A stretch of DNA of 64,000 bases from Promethearchaeia archaeon. GTDB lineage: Archaea > Asgardarchaeota > Lokiarchaeia > Sigyniarchaeales > SOKP01. The notes under the pieces were generated by a model. That model saw only the letters and a list, made by a program, of their open reading frames with translations, was not told the origin of the DNA and did not search any database. The position numbers and the translations under genes were made by a program. Below, piece after piece: positions 9,295 through 18,530 of the stretch; position 1 is the stretch's first letter, and each line of letters opens with the position of its first letter. The stretch spans positions 1-64,000 of the forward strand of contig JAHQWG010000001.1 of the NCBI GenBank assembly GCA_029856045.1, written 5' to 3'.

Positions 9295-9354
9295 AGCTTA
9301 GAATTTTAAAAAAAAAATATAATTTTTTAATCTAAATTTTTTGAGAACTTCAAA

Positions 9355-10578
9355 CTATGAACTAGTAGTAAAATTACAGTATATTATTGAATTATTTTCT
9401 AGAGCATAGAGATTAGAGGCAATCCAGATATATTTATAATTTACCCAAAATTCCCAACCATGGGTTGCATCTTCTGTTATTCCATTAATTGATGCTACGT
9501 AAAAAGTGTCTTGGTTAGGACCATATTTTTTATATTCAATATTGTAATATTTATCCACAGCATCAAAAACAGAAGTTCTGTTATTATCAAGCGAAAAACC
9601 AATCCTAGAATCAACAGTTCCATTACCATAATTGACGTATAATGAAATATTAGAAACTGATGCTTTACAATTTATACAATAATTCAAACTGGTACTTGTA
9701 GGAGCAAAAATACCAAACTGAACAAGAACTAAACCCATAATAGAGCTTGCTCCAATAAGACCAATAAATAAAAACTTAAGAACTCGACTACTGATAACTT
9801 CTTTTTTCCTAAGAACTATTATTATAAAAACAATCGAAATTAATGATATTAAACTTATTATACTAATTAACTCAATTGAGATTCCAGAAGTTTGAGGAAA
9901 AGTATAACCTTTTAGAGCAAATTCTAAAATCGGATTACCGAACAAACATTCAGTTTTAGCATAAAGTAAAACCCCATTTTCCTTGTTATATATCAATATT
10001 GTTTTTTGATTACCATTATCTTGTAAAAAAGTCATTTTTATTTCAGAAGGGCTGCTTTCATCTATTGAAACTGAGCCTAATAGAAATTCAGATGAATTAA
10101 CAGCATTTTCAGCCATTAATTTCTCATTTGTCCAGTTGATAGATGTAATAAAGCCCGGATTATAATCATTATACCCCAATAAAAGTTCCGAACCGCATTC
10201 AGTTGTCGATGCATTTGAAATTGTAGTATTTAACTTGAGCTCTCCTTCCTCTAAATATTTAAAGGTAATGTTTAAATAAGGAACGGGATCTGGATTGGCT
10301 GGAATAAACCACGGATTAACTTTTTTATTTCCAAATCCTATTAGAGTAACAGTAATTTCACCTCCAGGATTGGAAAAATATGATTTAGATTTCGTATACC
10401 ATGTAGATGACTTTCCAAATTGAATTACATCGTATTCATATATATTTCCAATTTCCAATAATGAATGATAATGATCAGGTGGTGTTGTAAATGCCGATAT
10501 TCCATTGGATGTTTGAAATATAAAGCCAATTCCAAGAAAAACTAAGATTAGAATACTTATTTTTTTAAAATGCTTCAA
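9355..10578 (-). CDS. Membrane-anchored extracellular protein with C-terminal DUF4430 (transcobalamin-like) domain
   Basis: Signal peptide, two central TM helices, C-terminal VNYGNG..SVFDA..YVASINGI..GWEFWVN motif. Confidence 0.75.
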   Translation of the reverse strand: MKHFKKISILILVFLGIGFIFQTSNGISAFTTPPDHYHSLLEIGNIYEYDVIQFGKSSTWYTKSKSYFSNPGGEITVTLIGFGNKKVNPWFIPANPDPVPYLNITFKYLEEGELKLNTTISNASTTECGSELLLGYNDYNPGFITSINWTNEKLMAENAVNSSEFLLGSVSIDESSPSEIKMTFLQDNGNQKTILIYNKENGVLLYAKTECLFGNPILEFALKGYTFPQTSGISIELISIISLISLISIVFIIIVLRKKEVISSRVLKFLFIGLIGASSIMGLVLVQFGIFAPTSTSLNYCINCKASVSNISLYVNYGNGTVDSRIGFSLDNNRTSVFDAVDKYYNIEYKKYGPNQDTFYVASINGITEDATHGWEFWVNYKYIWIASNLYALENNSIIYCNFTTSS

Positions 10579-10640
10579 TTTTTTATTAAACCTCTTTTAT
10601 TGAATCAAATTTCATTAGCGATATCTTTAGGAAACTTTGG

Positions 10641-10660
10641 CTATTAAAAAAGGTTTCGTT
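10641..10660 (-). promoter_or_regulatory. BRE+TATA promoter of the DUF4430 gene
   Basis: Minus strand AACGAAACCTTTTTTAATAG, same spacing to the start as 8350-8369. Confidence 0.6.
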
Positions 10661-10737
10661 TAATTAAGTTATGTATAGAATAGAAAAATAAAGGTTCATA
10701 ATGATTTTTAGAAAAAATTTAAAAAATTTTTAAGAAA

Positions 10738-10800
10738 ATCAAAAAAATACGTTAAAATTTTGCAAAAGCCATTTTTCAATAATTAAAAAGAGAGAAAAAT
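10738..10800. repeat. ~65-bp direct repeat, copy B (includes a U-rich terminator-like tract after rpl15 on the minus strand)
   Basis: ATCAAAAAAATACGTTAAAATTTTGCAAAAGCCATTTTTCAATAATTAAAAAGAGAGAAAAAT. Confidence 0.85.
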
Positions 10801-10831
10801 AAATATTGCATAAATTAAATACTTATATTAT

Positions 10832-11308
10832 TCATTTTTCTAATAAAACAACCTTTCCGCCAGCGGTTTCGATCTTTTTGACTGCTCTTTCACTTGCTTT
10901 TTTAACAGATATATTAACTTTCTTACTTATTTCTCCTTTACCAATCAATTTTTGAACGTTTATTTTTGACAAATCAATTGAATATATTTCTCCAGATTTC
11001 TCTGCAATATTATTCTCAATAAATTTATCCAATTTGAATTCTAAATCTTTAACATTAATGGCATTTACTTTTTCAATACGGTTAATCTTTTGAGGTCGTT
11101 TAAAGCCTTTTTTACCCATACGCCAATCAGGATCTGGAAATCCTAACTTTTTTTGTTTATAGTATAAAGATTTTTTACTTTTTTTCCATTGTGTTGTTTT
11201 TCCAGCACCAGCGCGTTGTCCTTTTTTTCTATGCTGACCGACCCTACCATATCCAACTGTTCGTGTTCCACGCTTTTTCCTTATTTTCTTTTTAAAATTC
11301 ATTGTCAT
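10832..11308 (-). CDS. rpl15: 50S ribosomal protein uL15
   Basis: RGTRTVGYGRVGQHRK, GKKGF, KIETAGGKV; operon position. Confidence 0.96.
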   Translation of the reverse strand: MTMNFKKKIRKKRGTRTVGYGRVGQHRKKGQRAGAGKTTQWKKSKKSLYYKQKKLGFPDPDWRMGKKGFKRPQKINRIEKVNAINVKDLEFKLDKFIENNIAEKSGEIYSIDLSKINVQKLIGKGEISKKVNISVKKASERAVKKIETAGGKVVLLEK

Positions 11309-11327
11309 TTAAATCACCATTTAGGAA

Positions 11328-11852
11328 TTACAACATTTTAAATAGAAGCTTATTGATATATTCACCAACATAGCCAAGAGAACCACCAGCTTTATAAGTA
11401 CGTTTAATTGTACCCCGATATCCTCCTCGGGGAGGATGCATTCTAAATATTGGTTTTATTTTATAAATATCTTTATACTGAATTTCCCCTTTTAATAAAC
11501 CGTCTGCTAGAGCATTTAAAGTTTTATATTTAGTTTTAATTTTGATGTGAGATTCAGTTAAAGGTTCATTTCCTTCGACATAGGCTCTTTTTCGTAATAA
11601 TTTTAAGAGCATTTTTTTATTGATCTCACCATAACATACATAATCCTTGACTTTATTTAGCATTCCAGTATAATTTTTATTCGGAAACACCAAAACTGAA
11701 TGATTTACCTTATGGAGTCTGAACATTTTAAGAGTATCAAGGATTTTACGTCGCATCCCGGGGGCTCCCCGGATTCTTACAATAAATAACAGTTTAGGGG
11801 TTTCTTGTTCCACAATTGAATTTTTAATTTCGGACATGGTCATTTTTTCCAT
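11328..11852 (-). CDS. rpl30: 50S ribosomal protein uL30 (long archaeal form)
   Basis: IVRIRG, FRMHPPRGG, GGSLGY; operon position. Confidence 0.96.
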   Translation of the reverse strand: MEKMTMSEIKNSIVEQETPKLLFIVRIRGAPGMRRKILDTLKMFRLHKVNHSVLVFPNKNYTGMLNKVKDYVCYGEINKKMLLKLLRKRAYVEGNEPLTESHIKIKTKYKTLNALADGLLKGEIQYKDIYKIKPIFRMHPPRGGYRGTIKRTYKAGGSLGYVGEYINKLLFKML

Positions 11853-11868
11853 CTACAATTTATTATTT

Positions 11869-12501
11869 TTATTTCATTATCATTTTATGTGCATTTTTTA
11901 ATGCATCAATTGTGGCTTTCACTAAATTCTCTGACGTGCGTGTATCTCCTCGAGTTTTAGACCAGATATCTTCAATACCGACTAATTTTAATACACTTTT
12001 CACATGATCAGCACATGCTAAACCGATACCGGCAGGAGCAGGAATTAAAGTTATACGAATACTTCCACATTTTCCTGATACTTTGAAAGGAATTGAATGA
12101 AACCCACCACAATCGCATTCCCATGAACCACACCCTTTCATTACGGGAACTATATTCATTTTTGCCTTAGTTATTGCTTTTCTTATTGCTGGACCCACTT
12201 CAGGGCTTTTTGAAGAAGAAAATCCAATATATCCTTCACATCCGACGATGACTACTGCTTTAAATCTAGACTTCTGACCTGATCTTGTCATTTGCTGGAC
12301 CATTTTTATGGTAATGACGTCCTCTTCAAGATTTGGCAAAAGCATCTCAAAAATTTCCTTTTCTCGAACAACCAAATTTTCATTAAAAATTTGATCGATT
12401 GTAATTTCACCTTTTTGAACCATTTCGCCTAACTTAGTTTGAGGTACCCATTCTTTTTCCACTTTTCTTGGTTGTCGTTTATCTCTCCTTGCATCTGACA
12501 T
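11869..12501 (-). CDS. rps5: 30S ribosomal protein uS5
   Basis: WVPQTKLG, GCGSWEC, LIPAPAG. Confidence 0.97.
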   Translation of the reverse strand: MSDARRDKRQPRKVEKEWVPQTKLGEMVQKGEITIDQIFNENLVVREKEIFEMLLPNLEEDVITIKMVQQMTRSGQKSRFKAVVIVGCEGYIGFSSSKSPEVGPAIRKAITKAKMNIVPVMKGCGSWECDCGGFHSIPFKVSGKCGSIRITLIPAPAGIGLACADHVKSVLKLVGIEDIWSKTRGDTRTSENLVKATIDALKNAHKMIMK

Positions 12502-12534
12502 TATTTTAAAATACCCATAATCTTTTTTTAATTT

Positions 12535-13119
12535 TTATACTGTTCTTTTAATTTCATTTAAGGTTTTATCAATGATACTGGTTATTTTTAGTGGATTAAT
12601 TAATTTTAGATAATTTGAAAACTTTAATTTATATAGCTCATCATCAACCGCCAGTAGTTTTGCATAATTTTGAATATGATTACCATTAATTCTTTCTTCA
12701 AACCCTTCAGGGAAGATAAGTTCTTTATGAGGAATTTCTATTCCTGCATCTAAAACACCTTTAAAGGCAGCCAGTAGTCTATGAAAATGACTCATTAATC
12801 CTAAATCTAAAATTGAATCATTAATATTTTCCTTTTTAGCCCTTATACCAGCAATATACCCCGTTAAATAAGCGGCAGGTAAGTTTCCGGTATTTAATTG
12901 CCACCCATAACTTTTTACAAGTTCTTTTGAAAATGCAGAGGCTAATACAGAATCTCCTCCAAATTTGGATTTTATAAACTGAACAATAATATTTTTATTC
13001 GAAGCACGTATTATCAATCTATTTTTTCTAGACATTAATAATTTCTTTCTACTGTGATAATTAGTTTTTCCTTCTCTTCTACGTCGAGGAGGTAATTTAT
13101 AAGTAGGTCCTTTAGCCAT
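12535..13119 (-). CDS. rpl18: 50S ribosomal protein uL18
   Basis: RRRREGKTNY, NLPAAYLTG. Confidence 0.97.
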   Translation of the reverse strand: MAKGPTYKLPPRRRREGKTNYHSRKKLLMSRKNRLIIRASNKNIIVQFIKSKFGGDSVLASAFSKELVKSYGWQLNTGNLPAAYLTGYIAGIRAKKENINDSILDLGLMSHFHRLLAAFKGVLDAGIEIPHKELIFPEGFEERINGNHIQNYAKLLAVDDELYKLKFSNYLKLINPLKITSIIDKTLNEIKRTV

Positions 13120-13575
13120 TTATCTACCCCTCCTAGTTAAATTTTCTTCTTTAATATACCTCTCAAGATGTGCCACATTATGAAACATATTACCCTTTGC
13201 TTCTCGGTATAGTTTGCGATAAGTTGATGGTGTTATAATTTTTCTATCTCTTAAAGTTTTTAGCTTTCTTCTAATTGGACGGATTTTTAAAATCCATTTT
13301 TGTTTTTTTGGTGTTCTTGCTCCTTTTTTTCCTTTTCGAGATCCATAACCTCGTCCTCTTCCTTTTTTTTTCCTTTCATGAAGTTTTTTCTTTCGAAATT
13401 TACTTATTCCAATTATATATTTCTTCTTTATTATTCCTTCTTTAATTAGACTCCTTACATCTTCGCGCGTAATTGCCATTTTGATATCTTCAATAAAATA
13501 TTGATCAAGATAAACTCGGTTCTCACCGCATTTTAATATTTCAGCCGCCATTCTTTTTTGTGCGCCTAGATTCAT
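13120..13575 (-). CDS. rpl19e: 50S ribosomal protein eL19
   Basis: QKRMAAEIL, GRGRGYGSRKGKKGAR. Confidence 0.97.
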   Translation of the reverse strand: MNLGAQKRMAAEILKCGENRVYLDQYFIEDIKMAITREDVRSLIKEGIIKKKYIIGISKFRKKKLHERKKKGRGRGYGSRKGKKGARTPKKQKWILKIRPIRRKLKTLRDRKIITPSTYRKLYREAKGNMFHNVAHLERYIKEENLTRRGR

Positions 13576-13592
13576 AATATCATCACCTTTTC

Positions 13593-14150
13593 TTATTTCT
13601 TCTTATCTCTTTTTTTTGTTTTTGAAGCTAATTCTCTTAATTCAGCTAGTTCCTCGTCTTCTTCTTCCTCAACTTCTTCTTCTTCTTCCTCTAACTCTTC
13701 TTCTTCTTCAAGAATTACACCCCTATCAGCGATTTCCTCTAATGCTTCAAGTTCTTTTTGAGCTGCACCCATATTAAGAATTCTAAATCCTTTTTCTTCA
13801 ATGAGTTCAAGAAGTTTTATTCTTTTCTTCGCACCAAGCCTACTACTAATTCTCAATGCATGAATTTTTGGATTTAGTCCTTCGAGGTCTTTTGGGGTTA
13901 TAATATAAGCTTCAGTAAACCCAGAAGGATGAAGATTTCTTACTGCTTTCGGTGTCCTATAGCCAATGTTGGGAGATTTTACACCAGCTTTCCATTTTCT
14001 GCGGGTTTTTGAATCAATACCTCGCGATTTGCGCCAAGAATCTTTAACTCTGACATATCGCCAAGATTCAACTCTCCTAAAAGACGGTCGAACTTTCTGT
14101 AAATGTGTTCTATAACTCATCAATCTTTTTTTATCTTTATGCATTTTCAT
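13593..14150 (-). CDS. rpl32e: 50S ribosomal protein eL32 with acidic C-terminal extension (start among ATGs at 14144-14159)
   Basis: SWRKSRGIDSK, IGYRTPKAVRNLHPSG; the track start at 14201 overlaps rpl6. Confidence 0.95.
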   Translation of the reverse strand: MKMHKDKKRLMSYRTHLQKVRPSFRRVESWRYVRVKDSWRKSRGIDSKTRRKWKAGVKSPNIGYRTPKAVRNLHPSGFTEAYIITPKDLEGLNPKIHALRISSRLGAKKRIKLLELIEEKGFRILNMGAAQKELEALEEIADRGVILEEEEELEEEEEEVEEEEDEELAELRELASKTKKRDKKK

Positions 14151-14164
14151 AGACACCATTTTTT

Positions 14165-14743
14165 TTATTTTATTTGCCAGAGTAGATGCTCTCCTAACCA
14201 TTTTTGATATACATAAATTCCATCTTGAAAGACTCGTTTATCTTTCTTTCTTAACCTACAAGCTCTTTGGAGATTAGCTGCCATTTGTCCGACAACTTGG
14301 TTTTCTATCCCATTGATTATTACATCATCACCCTCAATTAATATATCTACGCCATCTATAATATTTTCAATTCTATCGGCACGCTCTCCATTAAAGTTTT
14401 TTATGTGAATTTTTTTCCCTCGAATTTCGACAGTAATCGGAAAATGTGAATAACATATCTTAGATTTATAAGTATAACCTTCTTGAACTCCTAAAATTAA
14501 ATTTTTTATTAAATTTTTTACAGTTTTTACTAGAGCAACTGTATTTCCTCTAGGGAAATTTGATGTAAATTTTAATTTAGATTTTCCTTCTAATTCAATT
14601 TTGATTTTTCGTGCGTGAGAAAAATCTTTTACAATTGGTCCCCCCATAGGTCCCTTTATCGTAATAATATTTGGATCTTTTAAAGATATCTCCACTTTTT
14701 CAGGAATGTCCAATGATTCTTCCATAAAGGCAATTTTCACCAT
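14165..14743 (-). CDS. rpl6: 50S ribosomal protein uL6
   Basis: YSHFPI, KDKRVFQDGIYV. Confidence 0.97.
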   Translation of the reverse strand: MVKIAFMEESLDIPEKVEISLKDPNIITIKGPMGGPIVKDFSHARKIKIELEGKSKLKFTSNFPRGNTVALVKTVKNLIKNLILGVQEGYTYKSKICYSHFPITVEIRGKKIHIKNFNGERADRIENIIDGVDILIEGDDVIINGIENQVVGQMAANLQRACRLRKKDKRVFQDGIYVYQKWLGEHLLWQIK

Positions 14744-14770
14744 CTTATTTTATTCACTTTCTTTTAATTA

Positions 14771-15157
14771 TCAATAAATATATGCTAATAACATTCCTCC
14801 TAAATTCTTTGATTTTGCTTCATTATGAGTTAGAACTCCCTCATTGGTAGAAATTATAATCAATCCAAAATTTTTTGCGGGTAAGAATCGTTTTTCAAAA
14901 TATTCATATTGAGAAACTTTAATATTCAAGCGCGGAATAATTGCTTTACACTCATTTATTTTTCCAAGAAGGTTAACTTTAAATTTATTTTGACGACCAT
15001 CTTCATAGCGTTCAAATTCACCTATGTATGCGTGGGCTTGGAAGATCCTCAAGATTTTTTGAAGTAAATCTGGAGCTGGAGTTATTATTAAACTTTTCTT
15101 CCTTGCCATCTCGGCATTTTTTATCTGAATACAAGCATCTCCTAATGTTTTAGGCAT
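14771..15157 (-). CDS. rps8: 30S ribosomal protein uS8
   Basis: YIGEFE, IISTNEGVLTH..A...GGMLLAYIY. Confidence 0.97.
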   Translation of the reverse strand: MPKTLGDACIQIKNAEMARKKSLIITPAPDLLQKILRIFQAHAYIGEFERYEDGRQNKFKVNLLGKINECKAIIPRLNIKVSQYEYFEKRFLPAKNFGLIIISTNEGVLTHNEAKSKNLGGMLLAYIY

Positions 15158-15181
15158 TAAATATTTACCTCTATTTTTTTC

Positions 15182-15331
15182 TTATTCAAATCTTTTGAAC
15201 CCAATATCCTTAGCAATTTCTCGAAAACAACGACGACAGATAAATAATCCATAACGTCTTATGATTGCTCTATGTGTACCACACCTACGACAAAACCGTT
15301 GTCCTTTTCCATATTTCTTGTTGCTAGGCAA
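15182..15331 (-). CDS. rps14: 30S ribosomal protein uS14 (Zn-binding type), missed by ORF track
   Basis: TTG start; [49 protein letters not shown]; lies between rpl5 and rps8. Confidence 0.96.
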   Translation of the reverse strand: MPSNKKYGKGQRFCRRCGTHRAIIRRYGLFICRRCFREIAKDIGFKRFE

Positions 15332-15365
15332 ATTTGATTCACTTTTAACTTTTTAATTCATATTA

Positions 15366-15977
15366 TTAATATTCTATTTCCAATCTTCTAACAATTCGAG
15401 CTTTGAAAAACTTTTTAAGAAAATATCGTGCTTCCTCTCTTGAAACATATTGAGACTTTTTAATTTTTGTCCGTTTTTTACGTCTAATTCTAACACGCAT
15501 TCCTTTTCTCACTATTCGCCCTGAGATATTCAATCCCCATATTCCTATTGTGTTATCATATTCTACACCAGGAATTGAAATATGCTCATCAATACCAAAA
15601 GAAAAGTTTCCGTAGTCATCAAAACTCCTGCGTAAAATTCTGTTATTATATACAATTAATAATCTTTTCAATAATTTTATTGCGTTATCACCTCTCACAG
15701 TGACCATCACCCCGATCGGAGTTCCTTTTCGGATTCCCCATTCTTTTACGGATTTACTTGCAGGTCTTCTCACCGGCTTTTGTTTAGCAATATCTTCCAA
15801 AACTTTTCCAGCGCGTTCAAGCTCTTCTCCACCCGTGCCAACACCGATATTTAACACAACTTTCTCTAGATAGGGGAGTCTCATTGAATTTTTCCAATCT
15901 TCTTCAAAATTTTGTTCCATTTTTTTAATTTTTGCAGCTTTTACTTTTTTCGAATCCGCAGACACTTCACTTTTCAC
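15366..15977 (-). CDS. rpl5: 50S ribosomal protein uL5
   Basis: EKVVLNIGVG, WGIRKG, GNFSFGIDEHI. Confidence 0.97.
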   Translation of the reverse strand: MKSEVSADSKKVKAAKIKKMEQNFEEDWKNSMRLPYLEKVVLNIGVGTGGEELERAGKVLEDIAKQKPVRRPASKSVKEWGIRKGTPIGVMVTVRGDNAIKLLKRLLIVYNNRILRRSFDDYGNFSFGIDEHISIPGVEYDNTIGIWGLNISGRIVRKGMRVRIRRKKRTKIKKSQYVSREEARYFLKKFFKARIVRRLEIEY

Positions 15978-15989
15978 ATCCTTTTATCT

Positions 15990-16742
15990 TTAAATTTTTG
16001 GTAATTTTATTTCAGACTCCTTATTTCCCAGCATTAGAACGTAATCAAATAATGTTTCGACCGGAGTACCATCTTTCTGAATAATTTCAACGGTACTCGC
16101 ATTAGGGCCAAATCGCCTGATTATTTTATTTATTGTTCCAACTTTAGCAACATTTTTTCCTGCTACAATAATTGCTAATGAATTTTCTTTAAACTTGATA
16201 TGAGATAAAATTTCTTGAGTTGGGATTGATAATTTTAAAACATCCATTCTTTTATACACATCTTCCACTGGTTTTGTAGGATCTTTTACTTCAATTTTTA
16301 TATTTCTCCCATCATGAAGATTAAGTTGAACATGTCCCCCTTTCAAGGTTGTTTTGCTATTAATCCTACATAATTTAAAATCAGATTCTTTTTTTGGAAT
16401 TTTAAATAATATTAATTCATGATGTGAATCGGGCATAATTCGATAATATTCTTTTTTCTTTTCAATGGATAGAACATCCATAAATCCTAATGGAAATCCT
16501 AAATCTCTTATGATTCGACCATCAATTTTAAAATAACCTTGACCAATTAATTTTTTTGCATCCCTATAATATGGAACGATTTCTAATAAATCTCTCACAA
16601 TATGAAGTAAGGGAAGGCAAAATCTTCTAGGATGTGGGCCTGGAGACGGATTTACAAAAAATTCTCCATGTTTTCTTTTAATTTGTAAATGTCCTGGCGT
16701 TGCTAGCCTTTTTGTATGTCTTTTATTTCCATGTGATGCCAT
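15990..16742 (-). CDS. rps4e: 30S ribosomal protein eS4
   Basis: PSPGPH, GFMDVL, QLNLHDGRN. Confidence 0.97.
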   Translation of the reverse strand: MASHGNKRHTKRLATPGHLQIKRKHGEFFVNPSPGPHPRRFCLPLLHIVRDLLEIVPYYRDAKKLIGQGYFKIDGRIIRDLGFPLGFMDVLSIEKKKEYYRIMPDSHHELILFKIPKKESDFKLCRINSKTTLKGGHVQLNLHDGRNIKIEVKDPTKPVEDVYKRMDVLKLSIPTQEILSHIKFKENSLAIIVAGKNVAKVGTINKIIRRFGPNASTVEIIQKDGTPVETLFDYVLMLGNKESEIKLPKI

Positions 16743-16755
16743 TTTTTTTCACTCC

Positions 16756-17172
16756 TTATTTTTTAATTGGTGCTTTTAATTCTTCCTCGATAAATTCATG
16801 CCCTAACTTCCGTTCAATTATTTGCCTTCTTAAAGGATCCATTTTTTTCCCCTCTCCCTTTAACTTAGTGATGATTAATTTAGAAACATGAATTGGAACA
16901 TAATAAGTTGTACCGTCGACTTTTTCGAGCTTGCATTCTTTAATAATAAGTTTCAAATTTTTCTTAATTTCTAAAATTTCACCTTCGATATCCACAAAAT
17001 CCCCACGGACAACTCTCACTGAATCACCCGTTCTTACCGGAAGCCGTTTTATTCCATATTCTTCTTGCAAGAAATCAGCTACTCTACATGAAAGCAATTT
17101 AGACCTTTGATGTGGCTTATAATTTGCTAATGCCTTGTGCTGTTTGCGTGGTTTCTTACTTTTTGTTTTCAT
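16756..17172 (-). CDS. rpl24: 50S ribosomal protein uL24
   Basis: SKKPRKQ, LPVRTGDSVRVVRG, PIHVSK; ATG follows GGTGA SD. Confidence 0.96.
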   Translation of the reverse strand: MKTKSKKPRKQHKALANYKPHQRSKLLSCRVADFLQEEYGIKRLPVRTGDSVRVVRGDFVDIEGEILEIKKNLKLIIKECKLEKVDGTTYYVPIHVSKLIITKLKGEGKKMDPLRRQIIERKLGHEFIEEELKAPIKK

Positions 17173-17196
17173 GATTTTTATCACCTTTTACATTAA

Positions 17197-17622
17197 TTAA
17201 ACAATTAAAGATGCTATAGATGCTAAACGTGGATATAATTCAGCGACTTCACGTGCGATCGGACCACGAATTTCTGTACCTTTCGGGTCTCCTTCTTTAG
17301 AAATCAATACTGCTGCATTATCTTCAAAACATAACCGTGTTCCATCGATTCTTTTATAAAGTTTCCTTTGTCGAACAATAACCGCCTTCATGATTTGACC
17401 TCTTAATTCAGGTTTTCCCTTCTTAACTGTGCACGATACAACATTGCCAATTGCAGCTGCTGGAATGCGATTGAGTCGAGTATGTAATCCGTCAACATTA
17501 ATTATCTCTATAATTTTTGCTCCTGAATTATCAGCAATTTTTAATCTTGAACCATTAAGCAAACCCCTTGAAATCTTATGTCTTGAAGCAATTTTTTTTC
17601 CAATTTTTCTTCGAGTACCCAC
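17197..17622 (-). CDS. rpl14: 50S ribosomal protein uL14 (GTG start overlapping the rps17 stop)
   Basis: ADNSGAK, FEDNAAV, GTEIRGPIARE. Confidence 0.96.
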   Translation of the reverse strand: MGTRRKIGKKIASRHKISRGLLNGSRLKIADNSGAKIIEIINVDGLHTRLNRIPAAAIGNVVSCTVKKGKPELRGQIMKAVIVRQRKLYKRIDGTRLCFEDNAAVLISKEGDPKGTEIRGPIAREVAELYPRLASIASLIV

Positions 17623-17972
17623 TAACTTTCCCCCTTCCTTTCGAGTTTTTGAATAACACAAAAAGCCTTAGTCTTCGAGATTGGCCGAGTTTCTCCAATT
17701 TTTACGAGATCACCAATATTAATATCGTTTTTTAAACATGGCGGTAAATGAGCAGCAATTCTGGAATTTCTGCGTTCATAACGCTGATATTTTCTAATAA
17801 ATTGTACAAAATCTCTTCTAATTATAACAGAATTCTTCATATTTTTTTTTGCCACGACTCCTTGAAGAATTCTACCCCTGATTCTTAAAGTTCCATGAAA
17901 AGGACAATTTATATCATCACATATTTCCTTTGGGGCATCCACACCTGGTATTCCAATATTTCTAACGCTCAT
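17622..17972 (-). CDS. rps17: 30S ribosomal protein uS17
   Basis: CPFHG, YQRYERR, ETRPISKTK. Confidence 0.97.
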   Translation of the reverse strand: MSVRNIGIPGVDAPKEICDDINCPFHGTLRIRGRILQGVVAKKNMKNSVIIRRDFVQFIRKYQRYERRNSRIAAHLPPCLKNDINIGDLVKIGETRPISKTKAFCVIQKLERKGES

Positions 17973-18304
17973 TTTTTAAGCCATCTTCTTTTTTTTATAT
18001 CTTTTATTCGATTCTCAGGGCGTCCAACGATTTTATGGCCTTCTACTTCAAGAATAATTGGTTCTTCACCATCATTCTGTGGAAGCATGAACCGAAACTT
18101 ATGATTTTTTTTTATATACATTTTTTTTTTATTATTAATATTTAATGTAATTAGCATATTTTTTGTCTCATCAATTACTGTTCCAATATTTCTCCATTCC
18201 TTTCCTCTCTTTTCTTCATCATTCCTTAATGCTAATACATTTTCTAGTCCAATTAAATCGTGATATATTAAATATTTAGGATTCAATTTCATTTTTCTTT
18301 TCAT
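17969..18304 (-). CDS. rnp1: Ribonuclease P protein subunit Rpp29/POP4 (start may be 18292)
   Basis: HDLIGL, GTVIDETKNML, GRPENRIK; canonical position between rpl29 and rps17. Confidence 0.93.
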   Translation of the reverse strand: MKRKMKLNPKYLIYHDLIGLENVLALRNDEEKRGKEWRNIGTVIDETKNMLITLNINNKKKMYIKKNHKFRFMLPQNDGEEPIILEVEGHKIVGRPENRIKDIKKRRWLKK

Positions 18305-18491
18305 TCATAACTGTTAAAATTCGTGCAATTGCATGCCTAAGTTGTTTGGGTTTGGCCGGATTATCTCTTACTCCCCCACCTGTATGAATTGATCTTAATG
18401 TCAATAGTTCATGTCTGAGATCAGTCAATCTTTTCTTTCTCTCGGCATCTGACCAAGTTCTTATTTCTTCGGCTTTTATTTGTTTGGGCAT
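18276..18491 (-). CDS. rpl29: 50S ribosomal protein uL29
   Basis: NPAK...LRHAIARILTV. Confidence 0.95.
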   Translation of the reverse strand: MPKQIKAEEIRTWSDAERKKRLTDLRHELLTLRSIHTGGGVRDNPAKPKQLRHAIARILTVMNEKKNEIES

Positions 18492-18530
18492 ATTATTTCA
18501 CTATAAATTAATTTGTCTTTTGAAAAAATT

